From positions 8,060,001 to 8,124,000 of the forward strand of contig CM022678.1 in assembly GCA_012295275.1 (NCBI GenBank): 64,000 nt of DNA, read 5' to 3'. Position 1 is the first letter of the stretch. Each line of letters starts with the position of its first letter. The notes under the pieces were generated by a model that searched no databases, was not told the DNA's origin, and worked only from the letters and a program-made list of their open reading frames with translations. Shown piece after piece: positions 23,540-37,275 of this stretch. The position numbers and the translations under genes were made by a program. The DNA is from Chrysomallon squamiferum. Lineage: Eukaryota; Animalia; Mollusca.

Positions 23540-24785
23540 TCACGAGCAAAAAGTTTATTTTTAGATGTGTTGGCCACTTGCTGTGACGTGATTCGCTATG
23601 GACAAAGAAAAATATGTCGGCCGCGTAGATTTCCATATATAGAGCAATAAACTGCAAACGAAGGGCTTCCCTGAATCTCTACGTAGATGATCACGTGAAC
23701 ATATATTACAAATCATATCACCCCACCTCAGTTCATTCAGGAAATCAAAGAAATAGTATAGTCCCTATATATTTATATTAATAACTAGCAGTTTCTTCTG
23801 TCAATACGTGTTTGCACTTTTTAACAGACTTTGTTAATTGTATATAGTTTTGTATTAGACATTAAATAAAAAATAAGCAGTGTAGTTTGCGAAATAATAT
23901 ATACTTCGCAGTAGGCGGCGGAAGAATATATACCAACGCAGTTATAAGGCTACTGAAATCGTTAACTCCGTCGTTACACGTTGCCTCACAATGGCGTATT
24001 TGACAGTAGCTGTTGGTAGGTGCAACATTTAAGGACGGGGAGGGGGTAGTGTGGTCCCTTCCCAGGCTAGTAACCGAAAGGAACAGCTGCGAGAATCATC
24101 CAAGATTCGCTTGGTACGGTAAGGATTCGATTCCATCAAGAAGGACGTGGTTTTTATTCGAGTTTTTTGAGCCGTGACTAGTGTCACACAAACGAAACAA
24201 GGGCAGCATTCAGTGGGGGTGTAATTTCGTCATCTGTTGAAACAGTTGACGAATACTTACACAACTGCAGCAACACGTTACGAAGACCTGGGAAGTTGTG
24301 AGACCAGCATTCGTAAACTAGACCCACATTATGTCTTACGGACTTTGATTTAGCTTCTCGGACAAAGAATTTCTTCTCGCGCTCACGCGCGGTCGAGCAA
24401 TTTCAGCTCGTTCACTTCCGTTGAAAATAACATAGGGACAGGTCGTTTATTATTTTTTACTGTTAGACGATTGGAAAATATTTTTTCATGATTACTTCGC
24501 ACATTTAGATCACGGCCTTCGAATAAGTACAACACTGCACTGTCATCATTAATATTAACCAACACGGGACCAAATTTTCGTCACAGATTTAGCCGATTTG
24601 CCAACGGACATTGATTTCCGGGAAGCGACTTTGTTTGAAGAACCCGCCTCACGTGTTGCTAGACAAAGAAATCTCCAAACTAACAAAGGCTGGACATAGG
24701 ATTTTTCTTGGCTCTCATCTGATTATTCTTATGCTCATTTTGGAGTTCGTCTTCTGAACGACTAGATTTACATTTATTTTGTCAT
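23540..24785 (+). promoter_or_regulatory. Tribbles promoter and long 5' leader
   Basis: CpG-rich non-repetitive island directly upstream of the ATG, with TGACGTGA, CACGTG, CGGAAG, AATGGCG and an Inr-like TTCAGT near 24210. The TSS is inferred, not seen. Confidence 0.55.
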
Positions 24786-25037
24786 ATGAGCGTCTCACGT
24801 CCAAGGCCCAGACCGATTGTCGTGAGTCATGGGCCAAGGAAAAAAGTTGATTTCGAACCACAACCTAACTTAGGAAATTTATCACCCGATTTACAACCAA
24901 ATACACCTCCAGTCTTTCAAAGACCAACTTGTGAAAATGTTCTAAAAATTGGAAAATACTTGCTGTTCGATCATCCTGAAGGTGGCGAAGTTTTTTCTGC
25001 TGTGAACAGTATCACTGGGGAAAACTTTATTTGCAAG
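24786..25037 (+). CDS. TRIB: Tribbles homolog pseudokinase, exon 1
   Basis: Pro/Ser-rich N-terminus (LSPDLQPNTPP), then IGKYLL...ICK; donor AAG|GTGAGT, phase 0. Confidence 0.92.
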
Positions 25038-26477
25038 GTGAGTTGTTTGAACTTCAAGTTCATTGTGTATTGGGGTAATTAGTTTCGCCAGGTAATGCAG
25101 GTAACCTGCTAAACTCGATTAGCATGTTTGTGAAAACTCGTAACAACGTTTAAAGAATGTACTAATTAGCAGAGTTCATTAACAAGTGAAACTAATGAGA
25201 CACTGCATAATTTTCTTTTGTCAATATAATGTATTATATATATATATATCTTTTGAAGGTATTTTGTTGTGATTAATTTTGTTTAAAACATAGTATGCAG
25301 TAGCACTATTATTATTATTATTTTATTTTTTATAATAATTATTGTTATTTAAACTCAGGGATACATACTGTTTTAATGTTGAAGAGTTTCTGACAAATGC
25401 ATTAAACATTTTGCTTGAAAAAGTCTTACAACAGTCACAGAAGCATTGTAAATTTGTAAAAAAAACACAAAAAAACAAAACAAGCCTTAAACCAAGAGGT
25501 TCCAAGTATTACAAATAACTTTTTTGTTGATGTCACTCTCAGGTGGTAATTTTTCAATTCCATAGAATTTAAGTTTACATAAAGAAAATTATTTTGAACT
25601 GATCGTGAACTCTCCCTCAATCCTAAACATTAACTCTAACCCCTAAAGCACTGGGCCATACATCATATCAGCTTCTGATATAAATTGCGAAATATGTTTC
25701 CGTTTAAGAAATTTCTATTTCTGATGAGTGATACTTAATGATTTTCCCATGATGACACATTTCTGTTCATGCTAAATTTAACCCCAAGAGTGAAAATGTT
25801 TATTTTATTGTTATATACATTCATAAACTGTTGTTTTAGATAAGAACTAAAAGGGAAGAAAAATGGCAATTTTAAGTTGTATAGGAATTTAATTCACGTT
25901 CATGCCATTTTTATTTATATTCAAAATTGAATGATTGAAATGTTTATATGCTCAGTTGGTAATGTCCCTCCAATTTGGCATTTGTATCTACCTCTAGATT
26001 TTACTACTGTTGTTATTGTTTATGTATGTGTGTTTGTGTATATATACATATACATACATATATATATATATGTAAGAGACAGAGAGATTGTTTCATTATA
26101 CCTAAACCTAAATGTCACTGATTTACTGAAGAAACTAACTCCAAAAGACTGGCTACAGCTTTCATCCTGAATGCTGGAGTACTTAGAAATAACTATATAT
26201 ATGTGTATATGTATATGTAAAAGCACTCTGATGTACAATATAAGTTTATACCAGTATAGTGTGTCTGTATTTGTGTACATATTTAATTAATTACACATAC
26301 AAATCAGTGAAGCAGACGCCTGATGCACAAACATATGTTTTCTAAAGAAACACAAATTTTAAAGGTCAATAATAACAAATGTTAAATTTTATTGTGAAAA
26401 TAAACTACGCAGTTAAAAGTTTTGCTGATTTTTTTCTTAAATAATTAGCTCTTGCATGAATAGTGAACATAATAGTA

Positions 26478-26533
<56 letters not shown>

Positions 26534-26602
26534 CACCCAAAAATAATTTAACAATAAGAATAAGAATCACAAGAAAAGGTAAATAAATTATGAGGAATAA
26601 TA

Positions 26603-26633
<31 letters not shown>

Positions 26634-26950
26634 ATACTAATATGTATAAGTATGTACGTGTCTGATGAAAGCACAGTGACTGTAAAGAAACCAGATAAAC
26701 TGAAACTTGACGTTTAGATAGGTAATTTGTATACAGGGTGTAACCTTGTTGCAAAATGATGAAAACATGACACACCCACTTTTATGTAGAGCGTTTGTTT
26801 ATCTTGTACACTGGGTTTGTTATCTTTACATGGTACTTGAGTAACCTGTACATGGAATTCTGTATTCAGTAATAAATAATATTAAAATCACGATGATTTT
26901 GTTTTCTTAAGGTTGTTAACAATTTGAAAGAGTGCACAAAATATTGATGC

Positions 26951-26993
<43 letters not shown>

Positions 26994-27232
26994 GTTCATC
27001 CTACACTGAGATGCATCATAAACACAATGACCAAATGTAGAGAAGAGATTTCATAGATTTTTTTTTCAGTTAAGATTAAGAAAGAACATTCAGATTTGAA
27101 AACAAGAAAGTTACAATTACTATGTAATTTGTTATTACATAAAATGAAAATGTGCCTTTTTTTTTTTTTTTAAATGTATTTGTTAGTATATTTTGCCCAC
27201 AAAATAAAAAAAATTAAATTTTGTTTTGACAG

Positions 27233-27525
27233 GTATTTGAAGTGAGACGTTACAGAGATATTCTTTCCGCTTACTGGCAAGTTGACAGCCACGAACACAT
27301 CAATTCGCTGTCTGAAATAATCCTCGGTCGAACAAAAGCGTATGTTTTCTTTGAAAAGAACTATGGCGACCTGCATTCGTACGTTCGACAGAAGAAAAGA
27401 TTGAAAGAAGAAGAAGCAGTGCGCCTCTTCCGGCAGATTCTTTCGGCAGTCGAGCATTGCCATAACAACGGAATTATTCTGCGTGATCTCAAACTGCGAA
27501 AATTTGTCTTCAAGGACCAAGCCAG
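27233..27525 (+). CDS. TRIB: Tribbles homolog, exon 2
   Basis: Acceptor ttgttttgacag; YVFFEKNYGDLHSYVRQKKRL...HCHNNGIILRDLKLRKFVF contains the Tribbles signature LRDLKLRKFVF; donor AG|GTAAAT, phase 2. Confidence 0.96.
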
Positions 27526-28121
27526 GTAAATTTGATTAAAAAAAAAAAAAAAAAAAAAATAATCTTTGGTTTTGTTTGTCTTTATAATCTTTTATAAATA
27601 TTCTAAATGTACAAATCTGAGCAAGAATGTTGATGAGAGTGTAATGGTATTTAATATTTTTCTTCAACTAAATGACTTGAGTGATACTAGATTAGTTTAC
27701 ACACACACACACACACACACACACAAATTGGGCTTAAATTTTGAGGAATGTTTATGAAGATTGCTTTCTTTTAATTCAATAAAAACGTAATAAATCTGAC
27801 AGTAACTGAAGCAAAAACTTTACTTGCAGTCCCCATAGCTGTAGTTCAGTCAACATTTTGCAGTAACAAAAAATGGCAGGATTTTAACGATTATTACTGA
27901 ACTTAATTTTCATTCCTGCAAAACATCAATATATTTCACGTTTTGCTTCAAATTTGCAGTTTCTAGTTTCTCTGCTCCAAAATAATCTCCCGTTTAATTT
28001 TAACTCGTCCATCGGATACGTAGTGCAGGCTCAGATAACATGACACAGCAAATCTGAACATATCTCAGCGTGTCACTTTGTGTGATTGTCACTTGACTGG
28101 GTGGGGCCATTATATATATAA

Positions 28122-28189
<68 letters not shown>

Positions 28190-28784
28190 AGATTGTGTTG
28201 ATCTGTCACCATGAGACATTTTCACAGACTAATGTGTTGACTTAAAGTAAGAACTGTGACTGAGCAGGTTTAATAATTATATTGAGTAGAAAATCAGTTT
28301 GTGAAGTGTGTTGTACATACACAAGCAATCTTGTATTCTGGGATGTAATGGTTTGAGATAGTAGAGTTAATATTGTTATAAATGCTCTTTTTACTCCTTT
28401 TTTAAATTTTTGTTTATTTACTATTATTTATCTATGTATCTATTTTTACTGTTATTTATTATTATTTGTTACTATTTGTATTATTACTATTATTGTTAAT
28501 TATTTTTCTTACTGTTTTTGTTTATAATTTATTGAAATTTTTACTGTTACTGCAGTTATAATTATGATGATGATTATTATTATTAATTATCTTAATTTTT
28601 TTTTATTACTATTTGTGACTATTTGTATTTATTGTTATTATTAGTATTTGTTAAAATCATTATTGTTATTGATGTTATTATCATTATTCTTATCATATTC
28701 TTCTTATTCTTCTTATTATTAGTATTATGATTTTTATTATGATTCTTCTTCTTATTATTATTATTATGATTATTGTTACTATTA

Positions 28785-28827
<43 letters not shown>

Positions 28828-28884
28828 GATTATTGTTATTGTTATTGTTATTGTTGTTATTACTACTACTACTGTTTCTTTCAG

Positions 28885-29362
28885 GACACATCTGCGACTT
28901 GATGGTTTGGAGGATGCCGTTGTGCTGGATGAGGAGGCCAACGACCTGATGACGGACAAACACGGGTGCCCCGCCTACGTGTCGCCCGAGATTCTCGGCG
29001 CCAGTGGCAGCTACTCGGGGAAGGCAGCGGACGTGTGGAGCCTGGGGGTGATGCTGTACACGATGCTGGTGGGGCGGTATCCGTTCCACGACTCGCAGCC
29101 GCTGGCGCTGTTCGGTAAAATCAAACGTGGACAGTTCTCCATTCCCGACTCGGTGGCGCCGAGGGCGAAGTGCCTGCTGCGCAGTCTGCTGCGCCGCGAG
29201 CCCGGGGAGCGCCTGTCGGCCGGCGAGATCTCCCAGCACCCCTGGCTGAAACGCCACGGGTGTGGTGGGGGTGCGTGTGGGCGTGGCAGTCCCCGGGGGA
29301 CGTCCGATCAGACGGTGCCGGACGTCCCTTGCGTCGACGATGCTGACAGTTTTTACTTCTAG
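28885..29362 (+). CDS. TRIB: Tribbles homolog, exon 3
   Basis: Acceptor gtttctttcag; GLEDA replaces DFG; [13 protein letters not shown]; [13 protein letters not shown]; HPWL MAPKK-binding motif; DQTVPD COP1-binding motif. Spliced total 340 aa. Confidence 0.96.
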
Positions 29363-29964
29363 ACAGTAAAAAATGAAATGTTGTCGCTGGTTTTTAAAAA
29401 AAACTCGTTTGTGACCATCTCTTTTTTTTTTTTTTTTTTTAATTTAATTTAATTTAATTTAAGTTTTGGTTCTTAAAAAAGAAAAAGAAAAAATTCCGAA
29501 TTAAGATCAGATATTTGAGGAACAAACATTTTTGTTTTTGACGAAGAAGAAGAATTACATTTCTGTTTGCTCAGGAAGGAAAGAAAGATAGAAGTGAAGT
29601 TTTATGACTGTTTGAAGTTTTTGAACCATCACAGACTTGGGGGAGAGGAGGGAGAAACAAAACAAAATGTGATCTTGTTATGGAAGATGGATACCAGAAA
29701 CTGTGGGAAAGTCTTCGTGCTCCCTCCATGGTGTACATTTCCCCCCCTCATCCATTGCTTTGGTGTCAGAGAATTGACGTGTTTGTGTGTCGTGTGTGGT
29801 CTTAAGCTGCCAGAATGAAGCTGTTGGTGAAAATGTGTGATGCTGTTGTTGTGTGAATAAAACTTTCATCACGTTTGTGTAGATGGTGTGTGTATGTATT
29901 TAAGCCAGTGTTTGTGAGCGTGTGACTGTAACTGTTTTAAGTTTCTGGGTGTTGATCTGTCTGT

Positions 29965-29996
<32 letters not shown>

Positions 29997-31389
29997 TTGA
30001 TACAAGACTTCACAATCACATAGGGCTGTAGTCACATAACAGTGATGTGAATCTAGTACAATCGCTGCAATTCAAACAAAATTTAAAAAAAAAAAAGAAA
30101 AAAAAAAAAAAACATTCTGCTGTGAATTTCTTTCTTCAAAATCAACACAGTTTTAAAAAAAAACGTCTTTGAAAAGTCGCACGTTGTGATAAACTCGTAA
30201 TTCAAACTTCATGCTAAACGTCTGCCATTGCCCGCCATGCGGCATCTCCATGGTAACTGAACACTGCATACAGGAGGCTCTAGGTTCGTTACTGTTAACC
30301 CTTTTGCTGTTGGTGTTCACCTAGCTTTTTGGATAGGAACCAAAAACTGTAAAAGCAGATGTGGATTACTGAAGTTAGTGAAAGGGATACATACATTTTA
30401 TATATATATATATATATGTATGTATATGTATAAGTATATATGTGTGTGTGTATATATATATATATATAGAACTAACAAAACAACAACAAAAAGTACTTGG
30501 CCTACCCCATCAAAAAAAAATGGCAGAAAATATGTTTATTTTCGGTTAAATGTTGTAAGTACTTCATCATTGTAACCATGGCAACATACTGATCTGTACA
30601 TAACAAATCATACATTTTTTCTTTACAAGAATTCTGCAGGTGTATTTGTTGTTTATGAGGCAAAGTGCCGAAGTTTCATATTACAAAGTTTTTCTTAATC
30701 TAAACTGTGAAAACTGACACATCAGAGATAGGTAGGGAGTCATCTGTTAATAAGAAGTACAAAATATTTTTGTTACTTATTTTTTTAAATTTTAAAGGAA
30801 ATAATTTTAATTTGTTCTCTGCTATAAAGTTTAATTTAGTTTTAACTGAGCCAGTAAAAACTAGAAGAATAGTGAAATAGAGATATAAAAAAAAGTCACG
30901 GAAGTTTAAATAAAAGATTGTATTAAAAGGGTGTTTCAGAAAACATCTTGTTAAAGGCTTTTCCTTTCAGTTTCACTTTAACAGTACCTCATGTTAAATC
31001 TTACTTTCACTTTAGCCCTTATGCTGAAGTTTAACTTTCATTTTCACTTTTACAGAGGGCATCAGGGAACGAAAGAGGTAAATGGATATAAATTGACTAA
31101 AATTATATTGCTTTTCAAAAATTTATTGTGATAAGTTGAAAACACAAGAGGTAATATTTCTTTTGGCTATGGTTGTGAGGTGAAAAAATAAATGTGTTTT
31201 AATATCCACTTTATAATGTATTAAAATCTTTGAACGTCAAATACCATCCAGAACACAAAAGAACAATGATTAAAAATGTTTTCAACACTAACTGAATAAT
31301 CTCTTGGAAGAAAAACGTTTACAAATATTGTATTTATTGATGTGTGTCATGAAAGGAGTACATTTCTTTTCTTTTATTTATTATGTCTG

Positions 31390-31423
<34 letters not shown>

Positions 31424-32138
31424 TGTTTATTAAATAAATGTATGTTAATCTTGGGGAAATTTAAAGAAATTTCTCAACGCAAGATCTTTAGCTAATTTGT
31501 AAAAAGCTCATGAAATGAGCTGAATAGATTTCTTTATTTTCTCGTAATAGCAGATCCCAAAAAGAGTGGAGGATTTAAAATTTTGTTGTTACGCTTCTAG
31601 TAAAGACAGTTCTGAGAAATGGTTGTAGCATTTAGTCTCGTCGTTTTATTAATATTGAAAAAAAAAAAAAAATAATAATAATTCGTTAAATATATTTCAG
31701 TAAATTGCCATTTGTTATTTTTTGTAGGAAGAGAAGAAATGACACATATAAGCTTTTTTTTATTTTATTTAGTCTGACATTTGAAAATTATAAACTAAAA
31801 TAATAAAACAGTCGAGCATGAAAAATACTAACTTTATAATCGAGGATATTTTTTATGTTACATCACACATCACCACCCTACCCTTTCTCTCCTTTTTGGA
31901 TCCTCCCTAGATTTAACTTAATGTTACTGTAAGTGAAAGTCTAGTGACTTTTTTTTATTATTATTTATTTTTCTGTTTTTTTTTCCTCCCATTTCTTTGT
32001 GTCTGGCAAAATTCTTGGTTATACATTTTCTGTGAATGGTATTAATTTATCCCAGTTTGTTACAGTTGATGGCGTTGTGCACCCCCTTTGCCGTGTGCGA
32101 AGTTGTGGTTGTGGAATGCCGTTGCTCTGTTTAAAGTG

Positions 32139-32144
32139 AATAAA
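32139..32144 (+). terminator. Candidate distal poly(A) signal of Tribbles (3' UTR about 2.8 kb)
   Basis: AATAAA followed by GT-rich atgtttgttgtgttt. Other AATAAA occur earlier (about 29856, 31188, 31433). Clustered ATTTA pentamers at about 29441-29461. Confidence 0.4.
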
Positions 32145-32249
32145 AAATATAGTTGGAAAAAATGTGAAATGTTTGTTGTGTTTCCCATAATCCTGTTTAT
32201 CTGTGTATCTGTATATCAGTCTGGATCAGGCATACATAAACCTTTTATT

Positions 32250-32280
<31 letters not shown>

Positions 32281-32315
32281 TTATTTATTCTGTCTCTGTC
32301 CCTAGTTTCATTTAT

Positions 32316-32385
<70 letters not shown>

Positions 32386-33242
32386 AATTTTATGGCAGTT
32401 TTTTTTTAACAGACCTCCAGTTCAATCCTTTGGACCATTTCCTAATATAACCACTGCTCACCAAATTACAATTTTTTTGTTTTTTTTGTTTGGTATATCT
32501 TGTATAATTATACAGATTAGCAGTAAGCAGTCCTTTATACACACCTTCCCAAAGTTGGGGAAAGGAAACAAATAAATACACTGGTTGGGATAGAAAACAA
32601 TTCACTTTTCCATCATTTGTTCTAACCAACACGTTGTTATTACTGACAACTGAATACTGCACTCTGATTTAATCTGTTATTTGTTGAAACTTGATGATGG
32701 GCATTTTTGAAAAATAATAAATATAACTGACAATTCTCTGTTAGTGTCATACGAAAATGCACAAGAGATTAATTTAGTTTATTTTTAAAAGTAAAAAAAA
32801 TTAAAAAAATATATATATATATATATTTGCCCTTAAAGCCTGGGGAAAAACAAATACCCCCCCCTCAACATACACGCAAACTGTACTTTGTCACGACGTT
32901 TGGTTATTAATACTCAAAATGTGTTATTACGCAATTTGTTTATCATTTCCTACCGAAGTGCTGGGGAAGGGGGGATAATCACATGAACACGATAACGTCA
33001 GCATGAGTGGTATTGCGCAATCTCGTTTAACCTTTTGTTTCGCCTGCTGACATTTTTCCTTCCTAAATTACCTGCTGACAATCTAAGTATAAATGTAACC
33101 GAATCAGTAAGAGGAAAACTGAAAATCGGATATATCGCAGAAGGAAAAAAAAAATAAGAAAAAAAAAAGATGATCTTATTAGTCTGTAGTAAAGAAAATG
33201 TGTGACTATTGGTATCAACATAGCTCCATGTATTAAAAATTA

Positions 33243-33278
<36 letters not shown>

Positions 33279-33326
33279 AAAATTAAAGTAAAATTATATT
33301 TTGAAAAAGAAAAAAAATATCGTCAG

Positions 33327-33414
<88 letters not shown>

Positions 33415-34156
33415 GCCTAAATATTATACTTCTTCTTCTTCTTTAGGTTTTTAATTTGTTTTTATTTCAGTAAAACTTGTCAGCACTTGCAGACGACACA
33501 AACCCAGAGTAAACATCATCTTGTTAACATGGTGTTATTTTCAAGTACCTTTAAATCACATTTCACAATTCAAACCGCTGTAGTTAATCGTGTCTTGAAT
33601 TTCAACTTCAGAAAATTAGTCACACCTGTACGATGCGTTTACAACCTGATACACTGATACTAAATACACGATGTAGTATTAGCAGATGTACTGGTTGGTC
33701 GAAGGGACATAACTCGTTCCAAAATTGTATAAAAAAAAATAAAAAAATGTGTTTTTTGCTTATAAATAAACTCGCTCGATCTAAATCGTTTGCTCTTTCC
33801 ATAGGTAATGGATGATCGAAGGGAAATAACTCTAACAAACCTTAAATTTGTTTATAGTTAACAAGTTATTGTTCGATCTTAAACAGACACATGTATAAGC
33901 ATACACAAACACACGCACGCACACTCATTATAATTATTAGGAATCCACACACTCGCAAACGTCTGTGCGCAGAACGAGAAAGATAATTTTCATTTACATA
34001 GAATTTATTAATTATTTTATTTATTCATGTCAGAGTTTGATGCCTGCCTAGGTTTTGGTTTGTTACGAATACGTTTCACACTGAATTTGATATAAAAAAA
34101 TAAAAACAAAAATTATCTGACCGATCCGAAATATGCAACTGGCAGAATGAGTTTAT

Positions 34157-34251
<95 letters not shown>

Positions 34252-34344
34252 ATGTATGTATTTGTGTTTTATGCATATGTGTATATATATATATATATAT
34301 GTTTGCGTGTACGTTTCGTATAAAAATGTATGTATGTATTTTAG

Positions 34345-34472
34345 GACAAAATATTCTCTGCGTTTGATAAGACTCTGCACGCTGACAGTATTCGAAGTCC
34401 AATCACGACGCCACAGACTCCGACAAAACCCCGTCTGATGCTCGCACTCCAACCACGACCTCACAATCGATG
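34345..34472 (+). CDS. Candidate coding exon of an unidentified downstream gene (DKIFSAFDKTLHADSIRSPITTPQTPTKPRLMLALQPRPHNR)
   Basis: Non-repetitive island between microsatellites; ttttag acceptor; open frame with SP/TP sites; TG|GTATAC donor, phase 2. No recognised domain. Confidence 0.35.
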
Positions 34473-35669
34473 GTATACAACGACGTCAAAACAACATTAA
34501 CAGAGAGCAACCACTGCTTGCACGACGTTGTTTGTTGTTCCTTTAGTGTGTCTGTATGTACGTGTGTTTGTATGTACGTGTGTGTGTTTGTATGTACGTG
34601 TGTATGTTTGTTTGTACGTTTGTATATGTGTTTGTGTGTATGTGTGTTTGTATGTACGTATGTATGTGTGTTTGTATGTACGTGTGTATGTGTGTTTGTA
34701 TGTACGTATGTGTGTACGTATATATATGTGTTTGTATGTACATGAGTATGTGTGTTTGTATGTACGTGTATATATATATGTGTTTTTGTATGTACATATG
34801 TATCTGTGTTTGTATGTACGTATGTGTGTGTGTTTGTATGTATATATGTATGTATGTATACTTGTTTCTTTTCAGTTCATGCTCATTTATGCGTATCTTG
34901 GGGGTATATATGTGGGTATATATACGTGTGTTTGAATGTGTGTGTATGTATATATGTATGTTTATCTGTGTATGTATGTTTGTATGTACAAATGTACTAT
35001 ATGTATTTTATATCTAGCTATGTGCATTTGTGTAATTGTATATCTATATATAATTATATCAATAACAACACATAATAAATATATGTCTATGTGGGCTTTT
35101 TTTAATATATCTCTTTGTGTGTGCATGTATGTGTGTGTTCTCTATCTCTGTTCACCCACCATCATACACGTGTTGCTATGCAGATTGGTTTGCGCTCTTC
35201 CTGCTGTGTACTGATCGTGGTTGCTATGGAGACTCTCTTTCCACATTCTGGATGCTCTCGCAGACGAGTGAGTACACCTGTCCCCAGGGTAACATCTCTG
35301 CAGTCTTTTTTTTTTTCCTGCGTGACACACCCAGTTTTGAGACTTAATTTTATCTTCACTGACGTTCATTTCTGTTTCTGTTTCCATAACGATTGACGTC
35401 TGTCACTTATTTGTACAAGTTTTCAAACGTTTCATTCTTTTGTCTTTTCTTCTTCTTTTTTTTTACTATATATTTAACTGTTGATTTCTTTGATAGTTCT
35501 TTGTTGTTTTCTTAGTAACTATTTGTTAATATCTAAATCTAGGGGAAATAAGTTTCAGAATTTCGCCTCGGCGTCTGAAATTCAAACAACCGTTGTTGAA
35601 GTTGTCAAGTTATTTATTCCGAAGCAAATGACGTCACAGTTGACTAGACGTGTTTCCGTTTCTTTTACT

Positions 35670-35706
<37 letters not shown>

Positions 35707-36001
35707 ACTCTGCCTCACTACTTTATGTAAATTGATGCTTTTGATTAGTTATTTTTAATGAAAGGAGAATATTCTAATTCATTATAAATACATGAAGCTA
35801 TTCGTGTTAAATTACTATATTTCATGGATAGTATATTATTTTATTGTTAATATCTTTTTATTGAGGTAATTCACCCCTCCGCGGATAAATTTTGTTTATC
35901 TTTGTTTCCCTGTATGTATCAATATCTCTCTGTGTTTTCACTTTCTCACTCTCACTCTCTCATTCTCTTTTGCTTTCACTTTCTGTCTGTCTTCTTCTTC
36001 G

Positions 36002-36118
<117 letters not shown>

Positions 36119-36305
36119 CAAGTTTTTTTTGTGCGTGTGTTCATTTCGCTCTTTCTGTCTTACTTACCACTTCGGTGAAAATCAATTAATTAATGGATGC
36201 CTGAAGCGTTGGTGTTTATCTCCGAGTCACAACAAGAGGTTAAAAACATGAATAATTAACCTCATTTCCTAAGTAATTAGCAAGATCTACAAGAACAGTA
36301 GTCAA

Positions 36306-36360
<55 letters not shown>

Positions 36361-36473
36361 GAAAAGCGGCGGATCTAGGGTGGGCGTGTGGGGGTGTGGT
36401 TGGTTGTGGCCCACTTTTCTCACCCATTCCCTTAGGAAATATTATTTTTCAAACCGAATTTGTTTTTTCCTTC

Positions 36474-36526
<53 letters not shown>

Positions 36527-36731
36527 AATAATAATTTCGTATTGACAGGTATTATAAAACCACGACACCCCTCTTTTACAAGCCCCACCCCCGTGGAACC
36601 GCCCCTTTCTTTTCCGTGTTTCTCGTGGTTACAGTTTCTGTCAGATACTCGAGCAGGACAGACTAATACTTTCATTGTTTTGGTGTCTGACTATCTGGAT
36701 TATCGCTCTTCGTGTTTGTTTGTTCAATCAG

Positions 36732-36758
36732 AGGTTGTTATCTGCAGTTGTCAGAAAG
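36732..36758 (+). other. Candidate 27-nt exon (RLLSAVVRK) or 3' end of a non-coding first exon
   Basis: T-rich acceptor ...gtttgtttgttcaatcag and a strong donor AAG|GTAAGG. Confidence 0.3.
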
Positions 36759-36964
36759 GTAAGGAGATAATTTCTAATATCCCGCGCATCGTTACAGGAG
36801 ATAACAGTTTTATCTCTAATCTCTTTGTTATCTACGTCACAAAGAGGTGACACAAACAGCGGCGAAAAGATCAGCGAAGGCGTGATAGGTCGAAAGATCA
36901 AATCTTCTCAGTGTGTTAGTCTAGATATTTAATATTAAATATATAACAGTATTATATAGATATT

Positions 36965-37029
<65 letters not shown>

Positions 37030-37177
37030 TGACTGATTGATAGATAGATAGACAGATAGACAGATAGATATAGATATACACATACAGGTGATAAATAAAA
37101 TAGTTTTTCCTCTTTTTATTTTTTCTGTCATTCTCTATTACTACAGTTATTACTAATATAACTATATCATTTAATAT

Positions 37178-37275
<98 letters not shown>

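Noticed and set aside
28619-29257. 212-aa antisense ORF over Tribbles exon 3, and similar antisense ORFs over the 61187 ORF
   Set aside because: Shadow ORFs caused by high GC3 plus an (AAT)n tract.
29668-31132. Four TGTGAT K-box (miR-2 family) cores in the Tribbles 3' UTR
   Set aside because: Only hexamer matches; the count is not convincingly above chance for a TG-rich UTR of this length.
33697-33875. Repeated tcgaaggga(c/a)ataactc and a pyrimidine-tract AG|GTAATG (33803) resembling a recursive splice site
   Set aside because: Looks like a decayed dispersed-repeat relic; no termini definable and no evidence it lies inside a transcribed intron.
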